Shown: positions 1-12,636 of the stretch, piece by piece
Position numbering within the stretch: the stretch's first letter is position 1
How the letters are laid out: each line of letters starts with the position of its first letter
Origin: Callorhinchus milii
Lineage: Eukaryota
Assembly: GCF_018977255.1 (NCBI RefSeq)
Contig: NW_024704743.1
Coordinates: forward strand, 24,926,001-24,990,000
DNA: 64,000 bases
Direction: 5' to 3'
Translations under genes and position numbers: made by a program
The notes under the pieces: model-generated
What the model saw: only the letters and a program-made list of their open reading frames with translations
What the model was told of the DNA's origin: nothing
Database searches by the model: none

Positions 1-763
1 GGAGGGGTGGGGTTTTGAGCATGCTATTAAAGCATGTCACTGTGTTCTCTTCAAAGAAATTGTAATATGCAGGTTTAACCCATATAAAAAAAATCTACCC
101 AACTGCCTTTGGTCAGTGTTGATGGTTCACAAAAAGAGGCTTCTTTCAAATGGGCACTGTCATTCCAGTAATAATCCTACATTTGATAGAGCGCCTCATC
201 ACGTCATTGAGATGTTTCAAAGGGCTTCACACTGCTACCCACATGAAAAATGCTATATAAATTCAAGTTGCTATTGGTGCTTTTTGTTTCAGCCCCCAAT
301 ATTGTAGGCATTAAGATGAATAAGATGACAAAAATAGCTGAGTGCAGAGTCCAGCACTTAAAATACGCAGCCTGATGGGGGCCTCACGTAGGTATGACAA
401 ATATGGTATGACAGGGAGAGAAAGTTTATAAAGAAGTCTTTCTTTGAATGCCCCAAATTCTGGATCTAGATGGCCTTCACCCAATGGTAGGTGGAGGATC
501 TTATTCATATTGGAGGATTGAAGAAGATGCTGTGAGTTGGTAATCTTTTTATTGATAGAGTACACAGATGCTCACATTCTTGGCTTTCAATTTTACTGAT
601 TCTCAAGACTTGAACGAGGATGTAATCTATGAAACTCAAAGTCACTAATCTACAGGGTGAAAAAGCAAATGCAATGGTTGCCTTTTGTTCTTGTACAGTA
701 TTAGTGAAGCATGATAACTGTAGGAACTCTCATCAAAACCCCAAATTCATATTTTAATTACAG

Positions 764-839
764 GATGACTTTGCTCGCAATCGAGAATTTATAACCTTGG
801 TCGTTTATCAGACTGGAGGAAAGAAAGTTTATTACCCAA
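764..839 (+). CDS. CAPN7: Calpain-7 internal coding exon (DDFARNREFITLVVYQTGGKKVYYP); the gene starts upstream of the window
   Basis: ttacag acceptor and gtaagt donor. The translation matches the vertebrate CAPN7 C-terminal region (human DDFANNREFITMVVYKTDGKKVYYP). 76 nt, ends in phase 1. Confidence 0.95.
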
Positions 840-3736
840 GTAAGTACGTGTCGTTTACAAAAAGGACTACAGAGTTACATAGTGCTACTGCATGGAAACA
901 GGCCATTCGGCCCAACTAAATTGTACCAATGCTTATAGTCCTGCATTGTCCAGGGAGGGGTAGAGGGAAGAATTCAAAAGGTTAGAAACACAGTAACTGA
1001 AGGCTCTGCAACTGATGGTAGCACAGAGGGGTGTGAACACGCCTTGATCTAACCGAGCAGCGGAGTGGGCTAGGAGATCAGGTATGTTGAAGCAAAATTA
1101 GAGTCGGACAGAATGAACTGGGGAGAATGGCAGAGAGTAAGAAAGACTTGCAGTGTAGTGCTATGTGACAGTACAATTCCCGATGAAGAAACATTTTGGT
1201 TCGTACTGTAGCCAATTTGTATTTTACATGCTAACTAATTGAACACAATGGTGCCAGTCCCAAATAGTGCCAAGAATGAGCCCTCTCCTGTACAGATACC
1301 AGGAATCTAATATTATTAATGTTCTTAGACTTAAGATCAGTTGCTTTAAATTTGGAATCATGCAGAATTTTAGAAAACGACTTTAATTTGAAAGCCAAAT
1401 TGTCTGCACTGGAGGATTGTTATGATAACCTAGTGTTTTATATAAAAATGGGGGTATTATGGTCCCGGATATTAAAGATCAGTTAGCCTGCAGAACTGCA
1501 AAAAGGCCATGTTACCACTTCATTTTTATCCTAATAATACATCACTTCCTCTTTAACTAGTATGACAGCATTATGCTGTAAATATGTTTGCACATATTAT
1601 TAATTTAACAGGCATTGCCATTTCAATAATAATAATCCTTAAAGACATGAGATCTTGGTTTCATAAAATAATTCATTCTGAATTTGTAATTTTTCTTTGT
1701 CCATCAAATTATGATGCCATTATGTTACCATTTTAGTTTTCCTTATTTTCCCTCCTCCCCCCCCCACCCCCTTAGCATACAAAACAAAGCATTAGACTCT
1801 GTGTAGACTCATTACCCATTAAATGATTTTGTTGGATCCAAGAACATATTGGTATACCATTCCCGTCTGTTTAACCACATCATGCTGAAACAAATCCACA
1901 GCAGGAAAGCCTCAAGAGATTGTGAAACTAACTGATGTTCAATGTTGATTTTCGAATGCTGGAGAGACCTTTTATCATTGCTACTAGTCAGCTCACTATT
2001 TAAAGATTGGTGACTTGAAATGTTGCACTAGAGGAATTTCTGATAAGTACCCATACAAAAATACTGCGTAAGAGAGAGGAAGATTGTTTTGGGTTGGTAA
2101 AGTTTAGATGAGGTGCAATAAATTCCTCTTTAGAACAAAGCAGCTGTATGCAAATTATGCTATAAATTCACCATCTGTGAATTCACCCTGATAGTTGAAT
2201 TCTGTCATAGCTTAAAAGGAAATGAAGAGATCAAAAAATAGAATAATGCTATCTGAACGCAGCACAGGAAATAGAACTGCTTATGAAATCAATGTAGGTT
2301 TGCAGAAAATTTTGACTGTAGTTTATTGCATGCTAGTGATCTCCATATGCTTTCATTGAATCTAAAATCTGACCTACTCTGAACTCATTGATGTAATGAG
2401 GATTTAAAATTCTGTAGGAACTAATAAGTGGACATTGAGCCTGATCCCTTTTTGGTTGAACAAGGTGAAAATTACAATGAATGTTTAAGCTTTGCAGTGC
2501 TGCAGATCTATAATCTAAAAAAGTGGTTACCAAGATCTACTTAAAGACACAAGATCTTGATTCAAAGTCATTTTCATAAAAGTAATTCATTCTCTTCACT
2601 GAATTATAATGGACAATAACTTTGGATATTCTTTAGCTACTTTTTTGCTTTACACCAGTGGAACTAAGTTCACAGACTAATTTGGAATAAATTATTGCAA
2701 ATAAAACTGAACAGTTATTGAATTAACCACTCAATTACAGGTCTATTGATAAGAACAATGTGGATGGGTCTTTTCACATTGCTTCAGCAAACACTTATTA
2801 TGAAACATCAATCAGATATTTCTTAGATAGTTTTATATATTTCAATACTCCCTATATTATATTGGTCCAGGTAGTGTAGAAGACCATTTGGCTTATCTGC
2901 TTTACCAATTCTGCACCGTTCATTCTGAGAACAAGTCCTTGGCTGAAGAATGAATCTTGTGCTGGAGGATGATCATTCAGATGACATTTCTGTGCAAAAG
3001 CCTCAAATTATCAGTGAGGTTCATCAATCACGAGGGAATTTGTTTATAAATTAAATAGATGGTGCAGTACGAAACATACTGTTCAGCCCAACTACTCCGT
3101 ACCGGTCTTTATACTCCACATAAGTCTCCATTACTCCTTATTCCCTCCCATACCCTTCTATTACCTTTCCCCTATGTGTATTTTTTTTTCACACGTTAAA
3201 GCAAATTATTTTAACCCTAGCAAAACTGTTCGGAATATTGTGTTCATAATTTGGTAAAAAATAAATGGGGTTCAGAGAAAATCGTCTGAACATTTTTCCT
3301 CGACTGGGGTGCTTAAATAAGACCTCCTAGAAGTGAATCTAATAGTGGGAGGCTTGACTCATGTACATGTGAACAAGTTATCTAACTTGTATTCTTGAAC
3401 TTGTGCCATTCCAATAAATATATGTAGAATTTCCATGTGTAGGTGGGATGCTCTGTTTGGTTTGGATACTCTTAAGCATGGTGAAGGGTTTCTACATGTG
3501 TCATACACAAAATGAATCAGATTAAATCTCAGTTTTTTGAGAAAGATGGATTGTGATTTGGTAGACTGGGAGCTAATTTGTTAAAATTATGAAAGTTGGA
3601 GGTATGAAGGGGTATGGAGATTGGTGGGGAAGTGGAATTGAAAGCACCACTTGCTCTGAGAGTTGATGAGCTGAATAACCTTCTGATGCCATAAAAATGT
3701 CTATCATTGTATTTAGATGTGAAATGTTTCTTTCAG

Positions 3737-3882
3737 GTGATCCTCCTCCACTCATTGATGGAATTCGAATAAACAGTCCTCATTACCTGACTAAGATCAA
3801 GCTGACAAAACCAGGGTCGAGCACATATACATTAGTGGTATCTCAATATGAGAAGCAGAATACCATCCATTATACACTCAGG
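3737..3882 (+). CDS. CAPN7: Calpain-7 coding exon (SDPPPLIDGIRINSPHYLTKIKLTKPGSSTYTLVVSQYEKQNTIHYTLR)
   Basis: tttcag acceptor and gtatgt donor. 146 nt, phase-compatible with the previous exon. Near-identical to CAPN7. Confidence 0.97.
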
Positions 3883-5352
3883 GTATGTAGATTTACCACT
3901 TAATCTTTCCTTTCTTGGTTATAGTCCCCACTAAAGATTATAATTGCAACAAGTAAATAATAGTCAGTGGTACATGTGTATATTTGTTCTTGTATATTTA
4001 AATTAAAGCCAAATTTACACAGCGGGGTTCCACTTTGACTCTGCTCGGGTCTGAAATGCTGTACACTGTCCAGCGCCTTGGGACGTCCTCCCGACATGAA
4101 AGGCACTTTACAAATGTAATCTAGTTATTGTAAACCCTCATTCACTAACCTGATATGGTTGCAATTAATATGTATTGAGATTCATGAAAAGTTGATTTAT
4201 CTTTTTTAAAAAAAAAGCTAATTGTAACAGCTAGAGCCTGGAAAGAAAAAGAATGAGCCTTTCAAAATGCAATGGTATTCTCACACATCCAATGTCCGGC
4301 CATCTGACCCACACTGTAATAACGGCTTTCGATCTTCCTCTTTCTTCCCCGCCCGCTTCCCATCACCTCGGCAATAGTTGAAGTTTTGAAAGGCATTCAC
4401 TATCTTGAAGAGAAGTTGGCTTCAAGGTATTTCTGACGTGGAGAAATAGTAAGCAGTTGTACTGCCAGTCATGCTATTAGATGTATTTAGGAGGGAAACC
4501 CTTAGAGCTTTAACCCTTTATAAACAATATACAGGATTCTGTAATGATACATTTATTACGCTCAGCATTTGTATCCCACCTTCCCTCTCCACTACCCAAG
4601 GCAACATCTTAATAATGCCATCTAGCATCAAACTTCCAGAACATGACCCTTCATGGGGATAACAACTATTAATTTGTTTTGATTTGTAGAAAGTCTCCTA
4701 CAAAGCCCTCCATGCCCTCGTCCCACCCTGCCTCTGCGATCTCCTAACCCCTTACCAACCGCCTGCTCCCTCCGCTCAGCCGTCTCCGGTCTGCTCCACA
4801 TCCCCCAACTCACCCACCCCACCATTGGTGGGAGAGCCTTCAGCCATTCAGCCCCCAACTTCTGGAATTCCATTCCCCAATCACTCTTCTCGCCCCTTCC
4901 TTAGCCTCCTTCAAGTCCTCTTCGGTCATGCCATCTGTCACCCCCCTTCCCCTCCCCTCTCCCTCCCTGATCCCAACTCAGGTCTGAAATGCTGGTCACT
5001 GTCCAGTGTCTTGGGACGTCCTCTCAACGTGAAAGGTGCTATACAAATGTAATCTTGTTGTTGTTAGCCTTAAGGCTGCCATGCATAAGCAGGAAGTCCA
5101 GTTCTTCTCAAGTGTCACCAATGAAATTGGAAATGGCGAAAGGGGACTTGCTCTTTGACATATACTGATTTCTAATTTAAAAATTTCTAATTCCATAAGA
5201 TCTATTGAATATTTAATTCAGAAACTAAGACTAAACAAAGTAGTGCTGAATGATTTTCTCCAAATATTGATTTTTCTCTGATCTCATTTGCTTGATTTGT
5301 AATTAATTTGATGTTTGTTCACATTATAATAAACTTATGATTTTTATGCTAG

Positions 5353-5415
5353 GTATATTCAATGTGCAAGTTTACATTCTCGAAGATCCTTTTTCCGTAC
5401 ATCCATTACAAACGG
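5353..5415 (+). CDS. CAPN7: Calpain-7 coding exon (VYSMCKFTFSKILFPYIHYKR)
   Basis: gctag acceptor and gtgagt donor. 63 nt, phase 0-0. Matches human VYSACSFTFSKIPSPYTLSKR. Confidence 0.95.
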
Positions 5416-5778
5416 GTGAGTGCTCTGAGCATAGTAATGTGCACAATTCAAATTAAATATGTAACATTTCGTTTTCAAACGTCTTTGCATATTTTATGGG
5501 CTCTCCGAGGAGTTCATACTTATCAAAAGTCATACTTATCATGGCCACGTCTCGTGCTCTCCTCTCCTGTTCTTACACTCAGCTTCAATCCACAACTGTT
5601 TGTGGGGACGCTGCCATGCACAGTCGGCTGCTGTGTTTCGCCCACAAAATACACAATCAATTCACTTGACAGTATATTCTGAGACGTCTCAATGACACAA
5701 GGTGTTATAGTTGCAAGAATTATCATTAATATTATTATAATAATAAAATTATATTAATCTGTTTATTATATTAAAGAT

Positions 5779-5988
5779 TAATAATAATTCCTCCAAAACA
5801 AAAAACAATAATAAATTGGTCATTTTCAATCCACGACTGTTTGTGAGACATTGCTGTGCGCAATTGGCTGCCGCATTTCACCCACAAATATACAGTCAAT
5901 TCACTTTACAGCATATTCTGTGAGGTGTTTTGAGACGTCGAGAAGACGTGAAAAGCGCTATAATCAAATGCAAGGATTATTATTATTA
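5779..5988 (+). mobile_element. 5'-truncated SINE body of the same family
   Basis: Matches 17829-18041 from the internal (taa)n tract to the (att)n tail. Confidence 0.8.
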
Positions 5989-7382
5989 TAAAAACTTGCC
6001 CTGTCGTATTTAAGAAGGTTGTGTGTCAGATAAATTTACAAAAAATAAATAAAATTCAATTGAAGAAACTTATTGTGTTAAAAACTGTCTCAGATTTGTG
6101 ATCTACTTGGCAAAGCTGGAAGTCAGATTGCCAGCAACCTATTGAACCAGAATTCGGCCATTTATCCCAAAAACCACGGCATGTGAGGCATGCACTGGGT
6201 CTAGCCACGTGTATGCACAGTAAATGGTTCCCACAGTGCAACCCCATTATATCCAATTATATTGGGTAATCCAATTCAGTAGGATAAATATGATTGTTAT
6301 TACTGATGCCATAACCTGAGAGTGATCATTGTTACTAACCACTGGTTGTCTTGCCAACAACAAAAGATTTCTCTATCAAATCTCATTGTTTACAAGACAA
6401 AAAATCTTAAATAATTGGATGACCAATGATCAGTTTCACTATAAATTAATATAACAATCTTATATAGCAGAAACATAGTAGAAAGTTAATGTATAGGGAA
6501 CAAGATTGTATCTACACAAATCATTGAATATCTTGACTAAAGTCTATTTGAATGAGGAGAATTCAGTTTTTGTGATTTGAGTTCCATAGGATTGAATAAT
6601 TGAAATGTCATCCAGTTCTATTACTTATAATAATCCTTGCATTTCATATAGCGCCTTTCATGCTAGGAAGATATCTTAAAGAGCTTCACATGATTTACAG
6701 TAAAGTGTAGTGACTGTATTTTGTAAGCTAAAGCAGCAATCAATTTGCGCACAGCCTTTGGTTACCTAGCAATAAGTAGGAACCCGGTTGTTAGTCAATT
6801 GGCAGATGGCTTTTCCGGAGGTAATAATTCCTAATGGAAAAAAAATTATTTGGTCCCTCAATCCACGACTGTTTGCGGGATGCAGCTGCGCGCAATTGTC
6901 TGCCACGTTTTGCCCACAAAATATAGTCGATTCATTTTACTGTATATTCTGTGAGGTGCTTTGAGACGTCCTGAAGATGTGATAAGACGCTATATCAAAT
7001 GCAAAGATTATTAATAATGTCCCCCACAAACAGCAATTGAAGTGAATGGCAATTTTTTATGGGTGGAATTGTTGTCCAGAACATCAGGAGAATCTCTCTT
7101 CACACATTTCTGCACAGCATACATATTCCAGGCTATAAAATAACCTACTATCCATGTAGATGCTATGGGCATATTGCTAGTTTGAAAATAATTGGATGTC
7201 GTGTGTGTATATCCATTATCTGGGACTAACGCTTCAGATGAATATCCTTGATCGGTAGGACATACAAGAGATAAAAGGCTGATTTTTGTTTTGCTGAATT
7301 TGCTTGCAGTGTTAAAGTGTATTTTCTGAAACTTCCATCATGTGCTTCATCAAAGCATTTAAGCTCTGTATTCTTGTCCCAG

Positions 7383-7513
7383 GTAAATGGTCAGTGGAAA
7401 GGTCAGACTGCTGGTGGGTGTGGAAATTACAGAAATACTTACATGCTGAATCCAACGTACCAGATCAATGTCGAGAAGTCTGGGCCGCTGCTGATTGAAT
7501 TGCGTGGACCCAG
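7383..7513 (+). CDS. CAPN7: Calpain-7 coding exon (VNGQWKGQTAGGCGNYRNTYMLNPTYQINVEKSGPLLIELRGP)
   Basis: cccag acceptor and gtctgt donor. 131 nt. Contains the calpain domain-III-type W..xAGGCGN and NP.Y motifs. Confidence 0.96.
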
Positions 7514-7862
7514 GTCTGTGAACTAATAGTATTTGCTTTCTTAGTTTCTTCTCTGCTCACTTGCTTTTGATATTTAGAGAGATCTGAAGTGTCTTTAATG
7601 TTTATTTGATCCTTTAAACCGTTCTGGAATAGAACACAGTTGATATAAAAACCCTGAGGTTTCCTCAGCATCTCTATCCCTTTAGATCTCAATCCATCAA
7701 TACAGTGAGGTTAAGCAAAGTACATCCTGGCCAAAAATAAAAAGTTGCTGCTCATTTTAAATGTATACAGTGGGAGCCCAGTGAGGAAACCTTTTAGGCA
7801 AGAAGTTGTGGTTTTGTTCTTTTTATTATTTCAGATTTAATAATTTATTCCCTTCTCTTCAG

Positions 7863-7940
7863 GCAGTACAGCGTTGGATTTGAATTGATAGTTGTCTCGA
7901 CAGCAGGAGAGTTTTCGAAAAAACCCAGTGGAGATTACAG
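7863..7940 (+). CDS. CAPN7: Calpain-7 coding exon (RQYSVGFELIVVSTAGEFSKKPSGDY)
   Basis: Strong polypyrimidine tract plus cag acceptor, gtagag donor. 78 nt, phase 2-2. QYSVGFE and SGDYR match CAPN7. Confidence 0.94.
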
Positions 7941-8911
7941 GTAGAGTTGCATGTTTTCTTATTCTGTGTAATTTTGCCGTGGCATACACTCCCTCTACCA
8001 TAATAAGTAAGTCTTATGCCTTTTGTATCTCATCACTTGTAGTACAGCTACTTTAAAGCATCTTAGAAACCTGTACATGTAAACAGCTATTTTATTGGGC
8101 TGTCCTACAGAATTTATTTGCTGCATTTGTTTTCAATTCATGCAGTTCTTTTGCAGGTCGCCTTAGACTTGTTTTCTAATTATCTGTTGTTGGGGGAGGA
8201 TTCCCAAGATTTTTTTTAAAAATGATCTCTTCCCTTCTCACACCATTACGTAGGAGAGTTGTCTTGTTCCCCAGTTATTGCTTATTTGAACACAAGTGGC
8301 TCAGGAGATTGCACCAGCAAATATTTATTTGAAGTGATTTTTAAAAATATATTTAACGGGTCTTTCTTTGTCTGTGGAAGCTGGTTAAAATCTAATCCAG
8401 ATTTTTGGGAAGAAAGACTCCTAAGTGAAATGTTTTGAAGTACTAAACTTTTTTTTAGGTCCATGTGAGCACACAGCACAAAACTGCCCTAAATTTATTG
8501 CTGAAGTATCAATCTCACGTAAAGGCCACAAGAAAATAGAAATGTATGTATGACATAGTGGGAGGTGCTTTTCTAAGATTTGTGTTAAAAACCCATTGGG
8601 GCAGATTAGTGGGAGCATCTGCACTGCGTCCACTGTGCTTCATTCATACACTCTCCATAGGATTAGGTCCCATAGAATCATAGAAATTTTCAACACAGAA
8701 GGAGACCATTAGGCCCATGCACAAGATCTCAGAGCAAACTATCCATTCAATCCCACTACTCCGCCCTATCCCCAGACCCCTTTTTGATGTGGACTATTTG
8801 CTTAATCATGACAATGGTTGCCAATGTTAGAAAATTGACCCATTTTCTAGCACTAAACTTGTTCATTTTGCAGAGCACAGCACTTATAACATAAGTATGT
8901 TACTTAAAGCT

Positions 8912-9200
8912 CCACACTGGCTCAGCGAGTCAAGGCATTGCCAATCTACTGAGTCATTTTGTCCCTGACTCTGCTAACTTGCCAACTCTAATTCCTGGTG
9001 TGTGCTAAGTCTGCTGTAAATGTGATGCAATGTCTTTGCAACTCTGGGTCTGAGAGGGAAAAATCAGCCAGGGTTTTCACTACCAGGGCTGCTTTTTGAT
9101 CTGATGTCTGAAATGCATTATTCATATGGGAGCCCAGACGATGAGTATATGCAAGCAATTTTACAGCATGACATCAAACAGTAGAGCCTTGTTATAATGC
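8912..9200 (+). mobile_element. Ancient tRNA-SINE relic, family uncertain; a related piece may lie at 29250-29455(-)
   Basis: tggctcagcgagt head and cctggtgtgtgctaagt...gagggaaaaatcagccagggtt block resembling old vertebrate SINE relics. Confidence 0.35.
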
Positions 9201-11325
9201 AGTAGTTGAACCATAAAATCGCAAAAAGCTGGACAGCTTTCTACCCTAAAAAATGAACAATCAGATGGCTGCCAATGTCATTTGCTGCGTACTGCACGCA
9301 GAAAGCAACCAGTTTCGCTATGTGTAACGTAACCTAGGTTAGGTTATGAGGTCAGGTCCTGCCAATGCACTGTGCTCAGGAAGTAATGTCGGAGGCAGGG
9401 GACTTGACGACCTGGAGATTGGTCATATTTTAGAGAGCAGGGAAGCCTTATGAGTGAAGTCTGCATTAAAACGAAGCGTGTTGTAACTGGATTCCACTTC
9501 ATATGTACTTCCATAAAAAAATTACAAATGGGATTAAAACTATGGCACTACCACAGTGGATGTGCCTCCAGCACAACTGCCTAATTGCTCTTTGATACAA
9601 AAATTCCTAAATTTAACCTGCATCCTAAGCCACTGTATCGGATCCCTTGTGAAGTGTGGTCTCTGAGGCAAGATACAAAATGGGTTTTCAGAACCAGTGA
9701 AATTGTATAACGAGATAAGTTGGCACTTTCAGGAGGGGAAAGGGAAAAACTAAATACATTTTTTGTTTAAATTTTAATATTTTATGAGTATTGCTTTAAG
9801 TATTTTAAGGTTTCTCTTCCCCCCCCCACTGACAGGAGCAGTCTGACTTCTTCATGTCCAACTTCAGTCCAACTTCAACTTCAACTCCAAGTGATGTCCA
9901 AATTACTACTCCATTCAGTAACCTTAATTGGGAATAAATAACCAATGATAAAATTCAGTAAATTTAGAACGAGCGGATCTAAGTTTGCTGCTTTTCAGAG
10001 TGAAGTTAGTTAGCCAAACATGAAGAATAAAATTAGATGCAGATTGAAATATGTGCATAACCCAAAACTAGTCTTTCATTGCTGCCATAAGCAATTATAA
10101 ATTCTATTCATTTATTCTATAATATAGTTCCTTCCAGTAACTGAGTGATATGATTAATGGTGAATACAATGATGTTTAATTATAAAATAATCCTTACATT
10201 TGATTTAGTGCCTTTCACATTGGGAGGATGACTCTTTTAAGCACTTCACTAGATATACAGTAAAGTATAGTGACTGCGTGTTTTGTGGACGAATATAGTA
10301 GCCATTTTGCACACAACAATGTTCGGAAAAACTGCCATGGAGTCTGTTTTTTGTTTGGTAATTGTTGGCCATGACGACAGGAAAACTCCCTTCTCTTTTC
10401 AAATAGTCTAACTGGGTGTTTACAATAACAGCCACAAAATTACATTTGTATAACGCCTTTCACATCAGGAGGACGTTCCAAGGCGCTGAACAGTCAGGGT
10501 TTCGGACCCGAGCTGGGGGTCAGGATTGGGGAGAGTGGAGGGCAGGGAGGGAAGCAGGGTGATCGAAAGGCCGGTCGAAGAGGAGGGGCTTGAGATGGGT
10601 CTTGAAGGAGGCAAGGGAGGGGGTGAGGTGGAGGGACTGCGGGATCGAGTTTCAGATGGCGGGGGCAGAGTGGCAGAAGGCCCACCCACCGATGGTGGGT
10701 TGGGCGAGGTGGGGGATGTGAAGCAGGCGTGAGTCCTCTGAGCGAAGGGAGCAGCAGGATGGTCGGGGGTTAGGAAGTCGCAGAGGTAGGGGGCAGCGAG
10801 GTCATGGAGGGCTTTAACGTCCATTGAACAGGCAGGTAGGGCCTCGGTCTCCAAAGTACGACGTCTCCATCATGCAGCGCACCCCCAGCATTGTTTCAGA
10901 ATGTCACTATAAATTTGAGTTTCGAGTCACAACACAGGGCTTGAACTCGCAACATTCAGCACTAAGGCAAGAGTTCTACTGACTGAACCAGGCTGACATA
11001 ATTCACAAAGGTCAATTTACACATGTCTACATGAATTATTCATTTTGCCCTAAATTAATCTTGGGAGTAAATGTTCATAAACTGAAATGTTTGCTGTATG
11101 ACAAATGATTTCTAACCCAAATCATCAATCAAACCATTTGAAATACAGAAACATCACTTGTGCCTTGTATCGGCCAAATCTGGATCACACAGGTGCTACA
11201 GAATGAGCTCCGATAAGATCTTTTGTCAGAATTCTTGCAAGGCGAATTTCCTGCAGTAAACATCCAGAGGCATTTTTAACCTGTGCCAATTATGCTTGCT
11301 TGGAGTTTGCATTTAGGATTTTCAG

Positions 11326-12030
11326 TTTTTTTTTGGTCAGCTGTGTGTCTGACACATGTGGAAACCCATCACCTGCTTAAGAGTATTTCCATGCATCCCA
11401 CCTACACATGGAAATCCCAGAGATAGATTGTTGGAATGGGATGCGAACTCTCTCCCTGGAGGGACACATCCCGCTTACCTAATTCCACAAAGTATTAGGT
11501 GCAGGTTAGCAAGACCCAAGATTTGGAGACCCCAGAGTGTGGAATGGGTACTGGTGGAATCTAACCAGCTAAAATGGCATAGCTTGCCTTTGATATCACT
11601 GTCTGGCAAGAGTTCCTGCTGTTTGTCCAGCTAGGACCATCCTACCCATTAGAGCTTTGGTTTGCAGGGTTAACAGGAGCTGAGTGGGATGATTCCCTGC
11701 CCCCCAGTGACTGGTCTGCCCTCCCAGGTCCTGCCAAATGAGCCAGGCTGGCTGTGCTGTCATCAGCAATACTGCAGACCAGCTTGGGTCAGGAACTGGA
11801 CTACCGAGACCACCACAGAGGCCTGGCTCGATTCAGACATTTCATTGTTGGGCATGTGATCTTGGAGCCAGTTCAGCTCCAAGGAGACCTTGCTTACCCA
11901 CCCTCCCTTGAGGAGGATAGTCACTAGTTGATCGTTCAACATCCAACAAGCGCAGGTTTGAGCCCTCACTAAATGGTAGGTATAAGGTACTCCCTGCGAG
12001 CTTCCGGTGGGCAATGCATCTCAGCATAAT
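11326..12030 (-). repeat. About 700 bp A-tailed non-coding interspersed repeat; other copies at 17669-18520(-), 56590-57232(+), 49570-49850(+, partial)
   Basis: The copies align directly, e.g. ctctctccctggagggacacatcccgcttacctaattcc is in both minus copies. Three copies end at gctgac(c/a)-A-run. Confidence 0.8.
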
Positions 12031-12491
12031 GTAACCAGTTCTACTAAACGCTTAATTTTTAGTAACCTGTTTGAGAATTGCAAATGCAAGGAATGTTTTG
12101 CTGATTGTTTCAGAAAATCACCTGCTCTACAGTTTCATTTTAACAAATGCATCTTATTTCATACTTGGAAATCATATTGTATTTTCAACCTGGCTTTAGT
12201 CTCCTCAGTATCCAAAAGGTTGAATGCCTCAATTTTAAAATAGATGACCTCTCTAAAAAAAAATCACTGAATAAAGGTATTTATCATGTGATTCCTCTAA
12301 CTATTATTGTAAAATACAATACACCATTTGACGCATTGCTTTAATGTTGGTGTTTGCTCCTCCAGTGAAGCCATCAATACTAATCCCTGCTATGGTTTTG
12401 TGCAAATTGTTTGAATGTGCTATGATAATGGGTTTAGGATATGACCTGGTGATGTTTGAAGCTGCTGAAATGTGCACTTGTTCTTTTACAG

Positions 12492-12636
12492 GTGTGGATT
12501 TTGCTACTTGGAAGTTGACAATGTCCCTGCAGGAGTTTACAATATCATCCCCACAACCTTCCTTCCTAATCAAGAAGGCCCCTTCTTCTTAGACTTTCAC
12601 AGCACAATTCCACTCAGGATTACTCAGTTGAAATGA
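12492..12636 (+). CDS. CAPN7: Calpain-7 last coding exon (RCGFCYLEVDNVPAGVYNIIPTTFLPNQEGPFFLDFHSTIPLRITQLK*)
   Basis: tttacag acceptor and in-frame TGA at 12634-12636. Matches the CAPN7 C-terminus (human ...EGPFFLDFNSIIPIKITQLQ*). Confidence 0.96.

Noticed and set aside
11755..11770. CTGATGA on the minus strand of the A-tailed repeat (also near 18326) as a hammerhead core or snoRNA C box
   Set aside because: No helix II followed by GAAA, no D box or terminal stem, and the motif is not kept in the 49570 and 56590 copies.
11985..12008. 5S rRNA-like head (cggaagctcgcaggg on the minus strand) for the A-tailed repeat
   Set aside because: The match is only about 15 nt, the flanks do not resemble 5S, and it is poorly kept in the 49570 copy.
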